A DNA stretch of 59,356 bases, filler included. It is 5 parts of 5 records of this genome, joined end to end, with 100 filler letters (N's around TTAATTAATTAA, not from the genome) between each part and the next. Parts side by side here need not be neighbours in the genome. Positions count along the whole stretch, not along the records: positions 42,766 to 52,615 come from DRR723986_9078; positions 52,716 to 59,356 come from DRR723986_9081; 3 more parts are not named here. One strand, 5' to 3'. Below, in pieces: positions 49,086 through 58,914 of the stretch (position 1 is the first letter of the stretch; each line of letters opens with the position of its first letter). The translations under genes and the position numbers were made by a program. Below the pieces are notes generated by a model. That model did not search any database. It had not been told where the DNA came from and saw only the letters and a list, made by a program, of their open reading frames with translations.

Positions 49086-49492
49086 CGGGTGCGAACCTCC
49101 ACTATCCTTATGGCCTGATCCAGGCCACTGCCACATTGCCCCGTGCTTTTAATTGAAAACACCGTATCGCCTCCGGGGCCTTTGATATCGGCAGCTATCG
49201 AGGCGCAGACTACCGACGCACTGCAGCCGTTCAGGGCCGAAACAGTAAAACTCAATGATGCATTCACCGCACTGCAGCTGCCGCCCTCCAGCACATCCCT
49301 GACCGCCACCTGGGCGCCACTTTCCGCCGCGAAGAACGCCCGCTGGGACTGTATCTGCAGGCTTACCGCCTGCCCGCTACTCTCCTGCAACTGCGCCATG
49401 CCCACTACCAGCAGGGCCAGTACCGTAATAATAAACAGCGCCACCGGGAGACCAGCACCGGTCTCCCGGCCGAGACAAGAATCAGGGCACAT
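49082..49492 (-). CDS. mshP: MSHA biogenesis protein MshP (PilX-like)
   Basis: G/AGLPVALFIITV leader, RAFFAAESG; lies between mshO and mshQ. Confidence 0.8.
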   Translation of the reverse strand: MCPDSCLGRETGAGLPVALFIITVLALLVVGMAQLQESSGQAVSLQIQSQRAFFAAESGAQVAVRDVLEGGSCSAVNASLSFTVSALNGCSASVVCASIAADIKGPGGDTVFSIKSTGQCGSGLDQAIRIVEVRTR

Positions 49493-50252
49493 TGCGGATC
49501 TGCACCTCCTGGCTAACCGTAGTGGTCTCATCACCCTGGGGGTCCTTCAAAGTAAAGGTGAACTGCACGATTGCCGCACGCCGAAAACTGGGTGGCGTGT
49601 ATCGGAACTGGGCCGTGCCGGCAAGATTGGCCGATAGAATCTGAGGCGTCACCGACGGGGGAGTTGGCTGTGTAGTCGATGGGGCATAGCCGCTGTAGCG
49701 GTATAGAAACTGACCGCTCTGGCACAGGCTGACAGGCTGCGCCACCACGAAGAGCCGACGCTGCGGTGACCGTTCCCCAAAACGATGATTCGCGCCAAGG
49801 TTAATCTGAGCTGGAGAAACTAAATTGTCGATGCTGGCGATGGTTGGCGATACGGGTCCCGGACTGGCACTGCCATAGAGTGAATCCGCAGAGGTGCCAT
49901 AACCATAGACCACCGCCCGGGTAGATCCACTGGGGGGCGTATTAGCAAACGGTGCTATGGCGATCGTGTTGCCGCCACCGGGAAGATCGGTGTAGGCCGT
50001 GCCTGCCTCAATTGGCAGCCATTCCAGACAATTGCCCGCAACGCGAATGGATAACGGGAAGGCTTCCCGAAGTTCCCGGCTTATCTGTTCACTGATCACC
50101 ACGCCCTGCAAAGCGCGCTGCTGTCGGGCGCTAACGTCAATCGCACCACGGGTGGAGAGGGCGACGAACTGCACGGAAATGGTCGCCACAATAGCCAAAA
50201 GTGCGATGACAATGACCAGCTCAACCAACGTGAATCCTGCTGCCCTTCGCAT
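49482..50252 (-). CDS. mshO: MSHA minor pilin MshO
   Basis: AG/FTLVELV, SRELREAFPLSIR, C-terminal QEVQIRNVP. Confidence 0.85.
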   Translation of the reverse strand: MRRAAGFTLVELVIVIALLAIVATISVQFVALSTRGAIDVSARQQRALQGVVISEQISRELREAFPLSIRVAGNCLEWLPIEAGTAYTDLPGGGNTIAIAPFANTPPSGSTRAVVYGYGTSADSLYGSASPGPVSPTIASIDNLVSPAQINLGANHRFGERSPQRRLFVVAQPVSLCQSGQFLYRYSGYAPSTTQPTPPSVTPQILSANLAGTAQFRYTPPSFRRAAIVQFTFTLKDPQGDETTTVSQEVQIRNVP

Positions 50253-50740
50253 CAGTAATTCGCTCGGTAGGCGGTGAAGCGGTAGTCATTGGCGGACGGA
50301 TCGGTGATGGTGATATCGATCCGCTTGGCCTCATCGGAGGGCAGCCCTACTTCGGTGCCCGCACAGGTTACAGTGATGGAAACCTGAAAGCCGGGGTATT
50401 GGCTGCCAAGGGAGCCGCCCTGCGCATTGGCAGGCAATGCGTTGTTGATCGCGTTGTAGTCATCCACATCGTTGTAATCCTCACGCTGTGACTCTTCCGT
50501 GTCGATCTTGCAGCCAGTTTTCTTTGGAACGCCCCCAGGCAGGCTCTCGTCATCGTACTTTCGAGACAGCACCTCATCCATGTAGAACTGTGCCAAGGCA
50601 ATTGCCCGGGTCTGGTTGAGCGGATCGGCACTGCGCCCGGCAATCAGGGAGAATGCCCCGACGACACCGGCAATGGCAACACTGATAATAACGATGGCCA
50701 TGACCAGTTCCACCAGTGTAGCTCCACGTTGGACATGCAT
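50252..50740 (-). CDS. mshD: MSHA minor pilin MshD
   Basis: QRG/ATLVELV, SADPL, YNDVDDY, C-terminal AYRANY. Confidence 0.85.
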   Translation of the reverse strand: MHVQRGATLVELVMAIVIISVAIAGVVGAFSLIAGRSADPLNQTRAIALAQFYMDEVLSRKYDDESLPGGVPKKTGCKIDTEESQREDYNDVDDYNAINNALPANAQGGSLGSQYPGFQVSITVTCAGTEVGLPSDEAKRIDITITDPSANDYRFTAYRANY

Positions 50741-51186
50741 CAGCACGGCCCCCGGTAAATCGCCCCAAGTGGGCTCAGGCAAACCCGAAAAGTGGATTCG
50801 CCGGAAAAGGTGAACTGAACGGTATTACCCGAGGTTTCCGGACGGCCAAAATAATCAAAGGTAATGGGAAAGGTGGTTCCGGTGACCGACAGGGAGGTCC
50901 CGCCGCTGTCAATCCGGAAAGGCTCCCTTGAGCCCACGGTAAACAGGAATTCGTTGGCGGTCGATGTCACGTTCAGCGTGTTCTGGGTGGTGTTACCCGC
51001 CAGCGCTGCCTGCTGGGCAAGCAGCGTGGCGGATTCCAGTTGCTGGGTGGCCAGCAAAGGGGAGAAGGCCGAGCTCCTGGCGAACAGGCCAATACCTATG
51101 GCGGAGAGTACTCCAATCAGGATGATGACGGTCACCAGCTCGACTAAAGTGAACCCCGACTCACAACCAGATACTCTCCGTCGCAT
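50740..51186 (-). CDS. mshC: MSHA minor pilin MshC
   Basis: SG/FTLVELV prepilin motif, ITFDYFGRP; gene order. Confidence 0.78.
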   Translation of the reverse strand: MRRRVSGCESGFTLVELVTVIILIGVLSAIGIGLFARSSAFSPLLATQQLESATLLAQQAALAGNTTQNTLNVTSTANEFLFTVGSREPFRIDSGGTSLSVTGTTFPITFDYFGRPETSGNTVQFTFSGESTFRVCLSPLGAIYRGPC

Positions 51187-51271
51187 ATGATCACCGGCAC
51201 CGTCGTGGGCTAACTCAGGACCGCGCTGAAAAGCTGTGAGCCTAGACCACGTCGCCCCAAGTTCTTGCCGT

Positions 51272-51742
51272 TTATTCGCAGGTGTCATCTAATGATGAAA
51301 CCAGCCCCGTCAGTTCTGAATAGCTGAAGCTACAGTTGGGAACAACGGTGGTACCGTCTGACTCCAGAAGAGAAATCGTAACCACGTTGGATGCTTCCGT
51401 TCCAACCTGGAATTCGTCGCTCAGCTGCGCCGCGACATCAACCCCCCCGGTGGTAGCGGTTGGATATCCGTTAGTCGTATCCATATCAACAGCTACACCG
51501 TCGAGATTCACACTAGCAGCCGAATTCCCGTCCGCTACCCATCTTGCATGTGCGATTGAGGCGGCCGAACGAACAGACCCTGCTGCCCCATTAATTGCGG
51601 CCGCCTTCGCGTCAGTACCAAAATCAGCAAACCTTGGCAAAGCAAACGCCGCCAGAATGCCCAGAATCACAATCACCATAACCAGTTCGATCAGGGTGAA
51701 ACCTTTCTCTTTACGTGCTGCGATTGCTGTCATTGAATTCAT
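51272..51742 (-). CDS. mshA: MSHA major pilin MshA
   Basis: KG/FTLIELVMVIVILGILAAFALPRF, NGYP, C-terminal Cys pair; gene order. Confidence 0.8.
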   Translation of the reverse strand: MNSMTAIAARKEKGFTLIELVMVIVILGILAAFALPRFADFGTDAKAAAINGAAGSVRSAASIAHARWVADGNSAASVNLDGVAVDMDTTNGYPTATTGGVDVAAQLSDEFQVGTEASNVVTISLLESDGTTVVPNCSFSYSELTGLVSSLDDTCE

Positions 51743-51781
51743 CCTATTACTCCGTTTATTGCGTGTAGATATCTGCGTTTA

Positions 51782-52318
51782 TCAGTTAATGGTTGTCGTA
51801 ATTTCGCCGTTGGCAGCATTGTAATCGATGGTGCTGCTTTGGCTATCAAGCTGGTAGGTGAAGGTGCATAGGCTGCCTGATCCACTGGCCAGATAATCAA
51901 CACCGGCTCCTGAAGCGGCAACGTCTGGTGCATTTGCCTGCAGTAACGCTTCCCAGACATTGACGCATCGTCCACCTGTCATGGTGACATTGTCTCCGTT
52001 CGCGGGACCAGTATAAGTCTGGCTTCCAGCGGATACCGGCCAACCGTTGGCAGAAATATTAACCGTCTCATCACCAAAGCCTGCCAAGTCTTCGGTGGCG
52101 GTGGTGAAGCCATTTGTCACCCATTGAGCTTTCGCCAGCGCAACGCCAGCGCTCAGCGCCCCAGCAGTCCCCTTGATACTTGACTGATGCGCCTGCTCAG
52201 AAAGCTGAGCAAACCGCGGCAGCGCAAACGCCGCCAGTATGGCCAGGATGGAAATCACCACCACCAGCTCGATCAGGGTGAAGCCCTTTTTCTTCTGTGT
52301 GCTGTTGTACTGCGTCAT
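51782..52318 (-). CDS. mshB: MSHA pilin MshB
   Basis: KG/FTLIELV...ALPRF, AKAQW, NGWP, CVNVWEALL; upstream of mshA. Confidence 0.78.
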   Translation of the reverse strand: MTQYNSTQKKKGFTLIELVVVISILAILAAFALPRFAQLSEQAHQSSIKGTAGALSAGVALAKAQWVTNGFTTATEDLAGFGDETVNISANGWPVSAGSQTYTGPANGDNVTMTGGRCVNVWEALLQANAPDVAASGAGVDYLASGSGSLCTFTYQLDSQSSTIDYNAANGEITTTIN

Positions 52319-52354
52319 TCGTCAGCCTCTTGCCGGTTCAATCGTATTGGCCAT

Positions 52355-52615
52355 TCAGCGCCTGGCGTCCTGCCGGTTCACTGTGGTTTGCAGGAACGGT
52401 ACCGGCCTCAGTGTCAGGCCTGTCAGCCGTTCGTCTTGCTCCCGCCGGTTATTCCTGTTGCGGTCAGCAAATTCGGTTGTCACTCGCCAGGCGATCGGCT
52501 GTTCGGACTTCACGGGTTTGCCTTCGATGGTTATCGGCTGCTTTGGTCTATAAATTAACCAACCACTGGCCATTTCGCCTGTTTCTTTTTGTTGCTGGTT
52601 TGCAAAACACCAGCT
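52355..52615 (-). CDS. C-terminal fragment of an upstream msh-operon gene (MshF position)
   Basis: Frame open to the contig edge; co-oriented directly upstream of mshB. Confidence 0.5.
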   Translation of the reverse strand, partial: SWCFANQQQKETGEMASGWLIYRPKQPITIEGKPVKSEQPIAWRVTTEFADRNRNNRREQDERLTGLTLRPVPFLQTTVNRQDARR

Positions 52616-52715
52616 NNNNNNNNNNNNNNNNNNNNNNNNNNNNNNNNNNNNNNNNNNNNTTAATTAATTAANNNNNNNNNNNNNNNNNNNNNNNNNNNNN
52701 NNNNNNNNNNNNNNN
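52616..52715. other. Artificial contig spacer
   Basis: N-run, TTAATTAATTAA, N-run. Confidence 0.97.
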
Positions 52716-52803
52716 ATTCTTGAGCATGTTGCGGATGAGCCGTCGGTGGAACTCGATGTGCCGTCGAGTTCTACCGAATCTGTGTCGTCGATTGTGTTTC
52801 TTC

Positions 52804-52853
52804 AAAAAAAGAATGCAACACGTGGGGTTTTAACAAACCCCACGCGTGCATTC
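52804..52853 (-). terminator. Intrinsic terminator of the large surface-protein gene
   Basis: GAATGCA-ACACGTGGGGTTT...AAACCCCACGCG-TGCATTC stem with T7 on the minus strand, 6 nt past the stop. Confidence 0.85.
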
Positions 52854-52859
52854 CTTCGA

Positions 52860-55800
52860 TCAAAATACCAAGACAATTGGTACCACTTGCTGTACAGATT
52901 GTCCTGCGGCTTCAGCGTGCAGAACAATGTAATAGGTTCCACTGTTTAACAGTTGCCCGGACGAGTTCTCGCCGTTCCAGTTAAGCAGATACTCGCCAGC
53001 TTTCAGTTGTTCGTTTAACAGAGTCGTTACTTTACGTCCAGTTATATCGCGGACTTCAGCCTTAATCAATGCCGAGCTGTTAAGTCGGAAATTGATGCGG
53101 CTGTCACCTTGCGTTGGGTTCGGCGCCACGTTGAGATTTTCCAGCAGCGACAGTCCCTGAACTCCGCTCGGATTACTTGGCGTCAGGGCCAGGTTCGCGC
53201 GTTTTTGGACTTCGTCGTTTTCATCCAGCCTAATCGTAAGCGTCGCCGTAGATTCACCGCCCTGACCATCGCTGATGGTGTAGGTGTAGGTTTCCATTTG
53301 GCTCTCATACGGCAGGTCGTCTGGCAGTCGCTCAATAAGATTGAGTGAGTACTCCACGGAAGTGCTGTCGTCACTTATCGAAATCTCACCTTCAGTCCGG
53401 TCATCTTCAGAGACGATACGCGTAATTTTGAGCGGGTCAGAATCGATGTCAAGGTCATTGCGCAGTACGTCGATTACTGTCACGGAGCCGGATTCCTCTT
53501 CCGGAAGCGGCAGCGGGCCTGAATCGGAGTCGTCGAGCATCACAGTCGCGTTGTCGTCGCGTGCAATCGGTTTAAGGTTGCGATAAAAGACTGCAACTGC
53601 GTGTTCACCGGCGCCGGCCACATAAACGTACCTGCTATCGCCACTGACTTCAACACCTTTAGCGCCTTTGAGTCCGTCGACGCCATCGCGAGCATCTTTT
53701 TTACGTTCCTCAAAGTCGAGTTCACCGTTGCCCGGTTTGCGTGAGAAGTTGCCGATTGCATTGTCACCTTCGCCGGACACATAGACCTGTAATCCATCGG
53801 GGCCTATGGCAACATCGGCTGAAGCATCCAGCCCGGCGACACCTGGGTCGCGGTCGCTATAGTCTTCCACAAATGTTAACCTGCCGCTTGAATCATTGCG
53901 CGCAAAAACGCTGACGGCGTCATCCTGATTGGCAGCTACATAGACGTGTTTGCCGTCGGCGCTGACTTTAACCGCCACAGCTTTGCTCAGGCCTTTGACG
54001 CCGTTTTTGTTGTCTCTGAGGCGTTCGATAAATGTTAAGGCGCCGCTTGTATCGTGCCGCGCAAACACAGCCAGGGCATTGTCGCCGGTGCCAGCAGCAT
54101 AGACGTGTTTACCATCGGGGCTAACTGCCACATCGGTCACGGAGCGAATCCCATCAACACCGCCAACACCATCTTTGACGCGGCTGCGATACTGCGTCAT
54201 GCCGCTGCTATCGCGTGCCAATACTGCAATGCTGTGTTCGCTGCGTCCGGCCACATAAATGTGAGCGCCGTCAGGGCTGACTGCCAGGCCTGAAGCGCCT
54301 TTAAGTCCATCGGCGCCATTTTTATTGTCACACACGGCATTGATTTGCGTCAGCGCTCCGCTCGTGTCATTGCGTTCAAAGGTCACCAGAGCATTGTTGC
54401 CGAAGGCAGTGGCGTAGAGGTGTTGGCCATCTGGACTCAGAACCAGATCGCTAACGAACTTGAGCTTGGAAACGCCGCCGTGACCGTTGCGTACGCGTTC
54501 GACGTACTCAATTGTGCCGTTTGAGCTAGTGCGATTAAACAGCGCAATTGAGTGGTCTTTGCGCCCAGCGGCATAGAGGTGTTTACCGTCGGGGCTCAGA
54601 GCCGTGTTCTGCACTGACTTCAGGCCTCTGACGCCTGCCTTGTTGTTCTTATGCCGCTCAACAAATTGCAGGTTGCCGGGCAGGCAAGTATTGCCTACAA
54701 CCATGACAACCGCACTTGTTACAACACAGCCATCAACATCTTCAATCGAATAGTTGAAGTTGTCAATGCCGCTAAAATTGGTGTTGCTTGTATAAGTAAC
54801 ATCGTCAACTGAAATTGCGGATGTTCCGTTCGGAGCACTGTCTACGGACAGGAGCGAGAGCGAAGAACCGATATCGTTGTTTAAGACTTCAATAGTTGCG
54901 GGTACACCTGAGTCTACAACCTGAACGTCAACATTTGCAATAACTGTTTTTGGATCAACCACTTTAACAACGGAAGTTGAACAGCCGTCGGCAAAGGTGC
55001 GGTTAAGTGTAACATTTTGTGCTGCACCCTGATTCCATTCAATCACAAGCGTACTGGTACCCTGACCGCTGATGATTGTTCCACCGGCAACAGTCCAGTT
55101 ATCAGTATCACCGACAGCAGCGTTTGGTTGTGCAGTGTAGGTCAGCGGAGTTTCCGGGCAACCACAGGAGGTACCGGAAATACTGACTGCAGCATTGATT
55201 GTTAAGCTCGTACTGCCAACGCCATCGTTATCATACAGTTTCAGCGTATAACTGCCGGCCTGATTGGCACTGCCGGCTGGAATCTCGCTCGCCAGTGTTG
55301 TAGCGGAGGAGGACGCAACCGTCAGATTAACACTTGAATTGTCAGGCAAGGTTAAAGACGCACCGGTTACCTGACCAAGCGAAATTCCTGTCAGGTTCAG
55401 GTTTAGTGAACCAGTTGTAGTTGTTAAACATGCGGGATTGAGACTGTGAATCTCTGGGGCTATGCCATTGCTCCAAATTTCAAGGTTGTTCGTATAACCG
55501 CCAACCAGGACTTCCAGGTCGCCGTCGCCGTCCATATCACCGAGCGCGACACCTCTATTGCCGGAATTGGTTGCTCCAAAGGCGCGTTCTACGAAGGTTC
55601 CATCACCATTGTTAAGTAGCAGTTGGTTGGACGCATCTCTTGGAGCTCCAGTTACGAACATACGCGTGATCACGGCATCCAGGTCACCGTCGCCGTCAAC
55701 ATCACCAAGCGCCACACCGCGTTGGTCGCCGGCGCGTCCAATTTCACTCGTGACAAATGTACCGTCACCGTTGTTTAACCAAACAGCATTTGGGATAGCG

Positions 55801-58454
55801 GTTGAATTGTAATCGTATTGCCCGGACAGAATGGCATCCAGATCGCCATCGTTGTCCAGGTCACCCAAGGCGACTTCCCAGAAACCGCCGTCAGTTTGCT
55901 CCGTTCGTTCAAACGAGCCGTCACCATTGTTCAACCAAATCGAACTTTTATATCCGCTAATCGCATGCGGATGGATGATGTCCAGATCACCATCGTTGTC
56001 CAAATCTCCAACGGCAATGTCCTGACCACCGGCCCCGGAAGGGAGTGCGAGGTATTCGAAGGTGCCGTCATTGTTATTGAGCAGTATCGTATTAGGCGGA
56101 GGAACATCTGTATCTGAATTACCCAGAACAATATCAAGATCGCCGTCAGCATCCATATCACCAAGGTCAATGCCTCGCTGCCCGCCGCTTGGGTGGTTTA
56201 TCGTTGTTGAGACAAATGCCTGGCCATCACCATTGTTGTAGAATATTTCCACAAATGTCGAGAGGCCGCTCGTCACAATGTCCAAGTCTCCGTCGCCGTC
56301 CACATCGCCGACTTCAATGCCGAGTGCGGTGGCCGGAGCTGTGAAACCTTCCGTCAGTGTTCCATCGCCGTTGTTCAGCAGGACTTTGATAGTCTGGTTA
56401 TTTGGCGCTGTAATTACATCCAGATCACCATCGCCGTCCATATCACCGGTGCGAATCAGAAAGGCCGTGGTCAATAATCCAGCGTCACTTTCTACAAAAG
56501 CACCATCGCCGGACTTGGCGCCGGCCAGGAAGGAGTAGACCGAAGCAGTTGCGATTGTAACGCCAAGGTCTGTTTTGACGCCCTTGAGTGTGACGCGAAC
56601 CTGCTCATTCGGCTTAAAGTCAGCCAGCGGTTCGATGATCACACGTGTATCATCGTTTGCATACGTGATCGTCGCGCTGGATGCCATCTCTCCGCTACGC
56701 GAACCGTGTACAATGATATTTGCCAGGTTAACATCTGCATTACTTTGCAGCGTCGAGGTATTCATTTCTTCAGGAAAGGAGATCGTAATGTCGGCATCGC
56801 AGGCAACATTCACGTCGTGAATGGCAGGAGAAAAACATAACTCAACATCATTTGACCAAAGCTCAAGACCGCCTTGCGGAGAGTACAATGCCGAAACAAC
56901 ATCCAGATCGCCATCGCCGTCCATATCACCGACCGCACAAGTACGGTTGTTGTTAAGACCAATTTTGAAAGCCGTGGATGCAAAACTTCCGTTTCCATTA
57001 TTGAGCAAAATGAAGTTGTTTAGAAATGAATCATTGATAAAGATGAGATCAAGGTCATCGTCATTATCAAAATCGCCAAGCTTAATATCCTTCAGTCCAG
57101 GTTGGGGGACCCTGGGGCCCATTACAAAACCAGCACTACCATTATTGAGTAACACTTGCGTACCATTTCCACGGGTAGGATGCGAAACAACTAGGTCAAT
57201 GTCGCCATCACCGTCTACATCACCAACGGCTACCGAAGCTGTTACCGATCCAGAGATCATGGAGCTTGCAAACGTGAAGTCTCCGTTGTTTTTCAATAGG
57301 AGCGAACCATTACTTGAGGCCTGCCCTAAAACAATGTCCATATCATCATCTTTGTCGAAATCAGCGATTTCGATTTCACCGAGCGATGCGGAACCCAGGT
57401 TGAGCGAGGACTCAGCGAAACTGGCGTCTCCATTGTTTCTAAACAGGATGATGTTTGATTGAGAACTTCCAGCGATGATATCAAGGTCACCGTCCTCATC
57501 CAAATCGCCAATTGCCGCCTGGAAAAAACTCGTTGATCCAAGCGATTGTGAACTGAAAGTGCCGTCTCCATTGTTTAACAACAGGACGGGAATGTCTGAA
57601 GTGCTTGCTCTGGGAACTATAACATCTAAATCACCGTCGCCATCCACATCGCCAAGACGATGATTTGCGCCGCGAAGGTTCAATGATTGTTTAAGGGTGA
57701 ACTTGCCGTTTCCGTCATTCAGCAAAGATTCGATTGCAAATGTAGCGCCGTCATCATCCCAGATATGTAGCAGATCAAGATCGCCGTCACCGTCAAGGTC
57801 GCCAGTTTCAATGTACTTAGAATATGTCGCAGTGCGTACCAGGCCACATGCCGTCAGGGTTCCGTCGCCACCACTCACCTCTGCTGTAAACTGATATATT
57901 TTGGGAGGATCGAGCATCTCGCCCGTGCCGCCTTCAAGGTCTTCATTCACAACAACTGTGATAAGCTCGCCAGGCTTAAAATCCTTGCTGGGATTAAATT
58001 TTACGAGCGGGTTGCCACTGAAAATACCACTATTTGATATCAGACCCGACTGCGAACCATAAACACGAATGTTGTTGGAGTTTACAGTCGCGGCATCCAG
58101 GTTAAGATTGAAGTCAATCTCAATATCAGCGTCGCGTGCGGCGGCGGTTGCATTTTCGGCCGGACGCACTTCATCAATTTCCAGGTATCCAAAGGCCTGG
58201 GAATCAACTGCACCGGCTGAAACAGCCCCAAGACTCGCAGCGGCAATCGCCGCCAGTCTGGTTTTGACCCTGATGTTTTTGAATGGGTTGAGGCGTTTCT
58301 TCAAAAATTCAACGCGTTTGTTCAGCATTTGAATCCGGCGGCGTGAACCGGCGTCGGATTCAGTGCGATTCTGCAATCGCGCCAACTGCCGAAGCGCCTT
58401 CTTAAAGCGCTGCAACATTTTAGGTGCTTGCGAAACAGTAGTCCTGGCGTGCAT
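52860..58454 (-). CDS. Large secreted FG-GAP repeat/beta-propeller protein with Ig-like domains and T9SS/FlgD-like C-terminal domain
   Basis: About 14 GDxDGDGDLD repeats in two blocks, about 7 SPDGKHxY repeats, IDVLRNDLDID cadherin-like unit, C-terminal PNPT...DITGRKV...WNG...SGTYYI. Confidence 0.85.
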   Translation of the reverse strand: MHARTTVSQAPKMLQRFKKALRQLARLQNRTESDAGSRRRIQMLNKRVEFLKKRLNPFKNIRVKTRLAAIAAASLGAVSAGAVDSQAFGYLEIDEVRPAENATAAARDADIEIDFNLNLDAATVNSNNIRVYGSQSGLISNSGIFSGNPLVKFNPSKDFKPGELITVVVNEDLEGGTGEMLDPPKIYQFTAEVSGGDGTLTACGLVRTATYSKYIETGDLDGDGDLDLLHIWDDDGATFAIESLLNDGNGKFTLKQSLNLRGANHRLGDVDGDGDLDVIVPRASTSDIPVLLLNNGDGTFSSQSLGSTSFFQAAIGDLDEDGDLDIIAGSSQSNIILFRNNGDASFAESSLNLGSASLGEIEIADFDKDDDMDIVLGQASSNGSLLLKNNGDFTFASSMISGSVTASVAVGDVDGDGDIDLVVSHPTRGNGTQVLLNNGSAGFVMGPRVPQPGLKDIKLGDFDNDDDLDLIFINDSFLNNFILLNNGNGSFASTAFKIGLNNNRTCAVGDMDGDGDLDVVSALYSPQGGLELWSNDVELCFSPAIHDVNVACDADITISFPEEMNTSTLQSNADVNLANIIVHGSRSGEMASSATITYANDDTRVIIEPLADFKPNEQVRVTLKGVKTDLGVTIATASVYSFLAGAKSGDGAFVESDAGLLTTAFLIRTGDMDGDGDLDVITAPNNQTIKVLLNNGDGTLTEGFTAPATALGIEVGDVDGDGDLDIVTSGLSTFVEIFYNNGDGQAFVSTTINHPSGGQRGIDLGDMDADGDLDIVLGNSDTDVPPPNTILLNNNDGTFEYLALPSGAGGQDIAVGDLDNDGDLDIIHPHAISGYKSSIWLNNGDGSFERTEQTDGGFWEVALGDLDNDGDLDAILSGQYDYNSTAIPNAVWLNNGDGTFVTSEIGRAGDQRGVALGDVDGDGDLDAVITRMFVTGAPRDASNQLLLNNGDGTFVERAFGATNSGNRGVALGDMDGDGDLEVLVGGYTNNLEIWSNGIAPEIHSLNPACLTTTTGSLNLNLTGISLGQVTGASLTLPDNSSVNLTVASSSATTLASEIPAGSANQAGSYTLKLYDNDGVGSTSLTINAAVSISGTSCGCPETPLTYTAQPNAAVGDTDNWTVAGGTIISGQGTSTLVIEWNQGAAQNVTLNRTFADGCSTSVVKVVDPKTVIANVDVQVVDSGVPATIEVLNNDIGSSLSLLSVDSAPNGTSAISVDDVTYTSNTNFSGIDNFNYSIEDVDGCVVTSAVVMVVGNTCLPGNLQFVERHKNNKAGVRGLKSVQNTALSPDGKHLYAAGRKDHSIALFNRTSSNGTIEYVERVRNGHGGVSKLKFVSDLVLSPDGQHLYATAFGNNALVTFERNDTSGALTQINAVCDNKNGADGLKGASGLAVSPDGAHIYVAGRSEHSIAVLARDSSGMTQYRSRVKDGVGGVDGIRSVTDVAVSPDGKHVYAAGTGDNALAVFARHDTSGALTFIERLRDNKNGVKGLSKAVAVKVSADGKHVYVAANQDDAVSVFARNDSSGRLTFVEDYSDRDPGVAGLDASADVAIGPDGLQVYVSGEGDNAIGNFSRKPGNGELDFEERKKDARDGVDGLKGAKGVEVSGDSRYVYVAGAGEHAVAVFYRNLKPIARDDNATVMLDDSDSGPLPLPEEESGSVTVIDVLRNDLDIDSDPLKITRIVSEDDRTEGEISISDDSTSVEYSLNLIERLPDDLPYESQMETYTYTISDGQGGESTATLTIRLDENDEVQKRANLALTPSNPSGVQGLSLLENLNVAPNPTQGDSRINFRLNSSALIKAEVRDITGRKVTTLLNEQLKAGEYLLNWNGENSSGQLLNSGTYYIVLHAEAAGQSVQQVVPIVLVF

Positions 58455-58914
58455 GCTACACTCCTGAAAATGATAGAATAGAGCGAGTTAAAGTTGTTGT
58501 GATGCAGTTGCCGCAAGCGACCGCCAAAATGTTAAGTCTGGGCATACCTCTTCCTCCGGTCGCCATGATCGACCGCTGTGCATTTGTTCTTATTCAAGAG
58601 GTAAATGCGATTTGGATATAGCTATCTCTGGGCGATGCCGAAAGTACGCATCACCCTGGTGTGTTCAACACACTGCTTCGCTTTTAGGAACCCGAAATAG
58701 TAGTTATTCCAAAGTCACAATATGACATCCGCATCACATTGTAGAATGTCTTTTAATCACAATTCGAAGATATGGCAGCGAACTGAAAAAACACCTACTG
58801 TATATCTACTGCAGGTCATGAGGCCGCATCTGGCAATGGCTCGTGGCTGATCATGGCGTGGAAGACTGACGGTTGTTGCTTGGATGCTTGCGACCAGGTG
58901 CAGCCCACTCAGAC

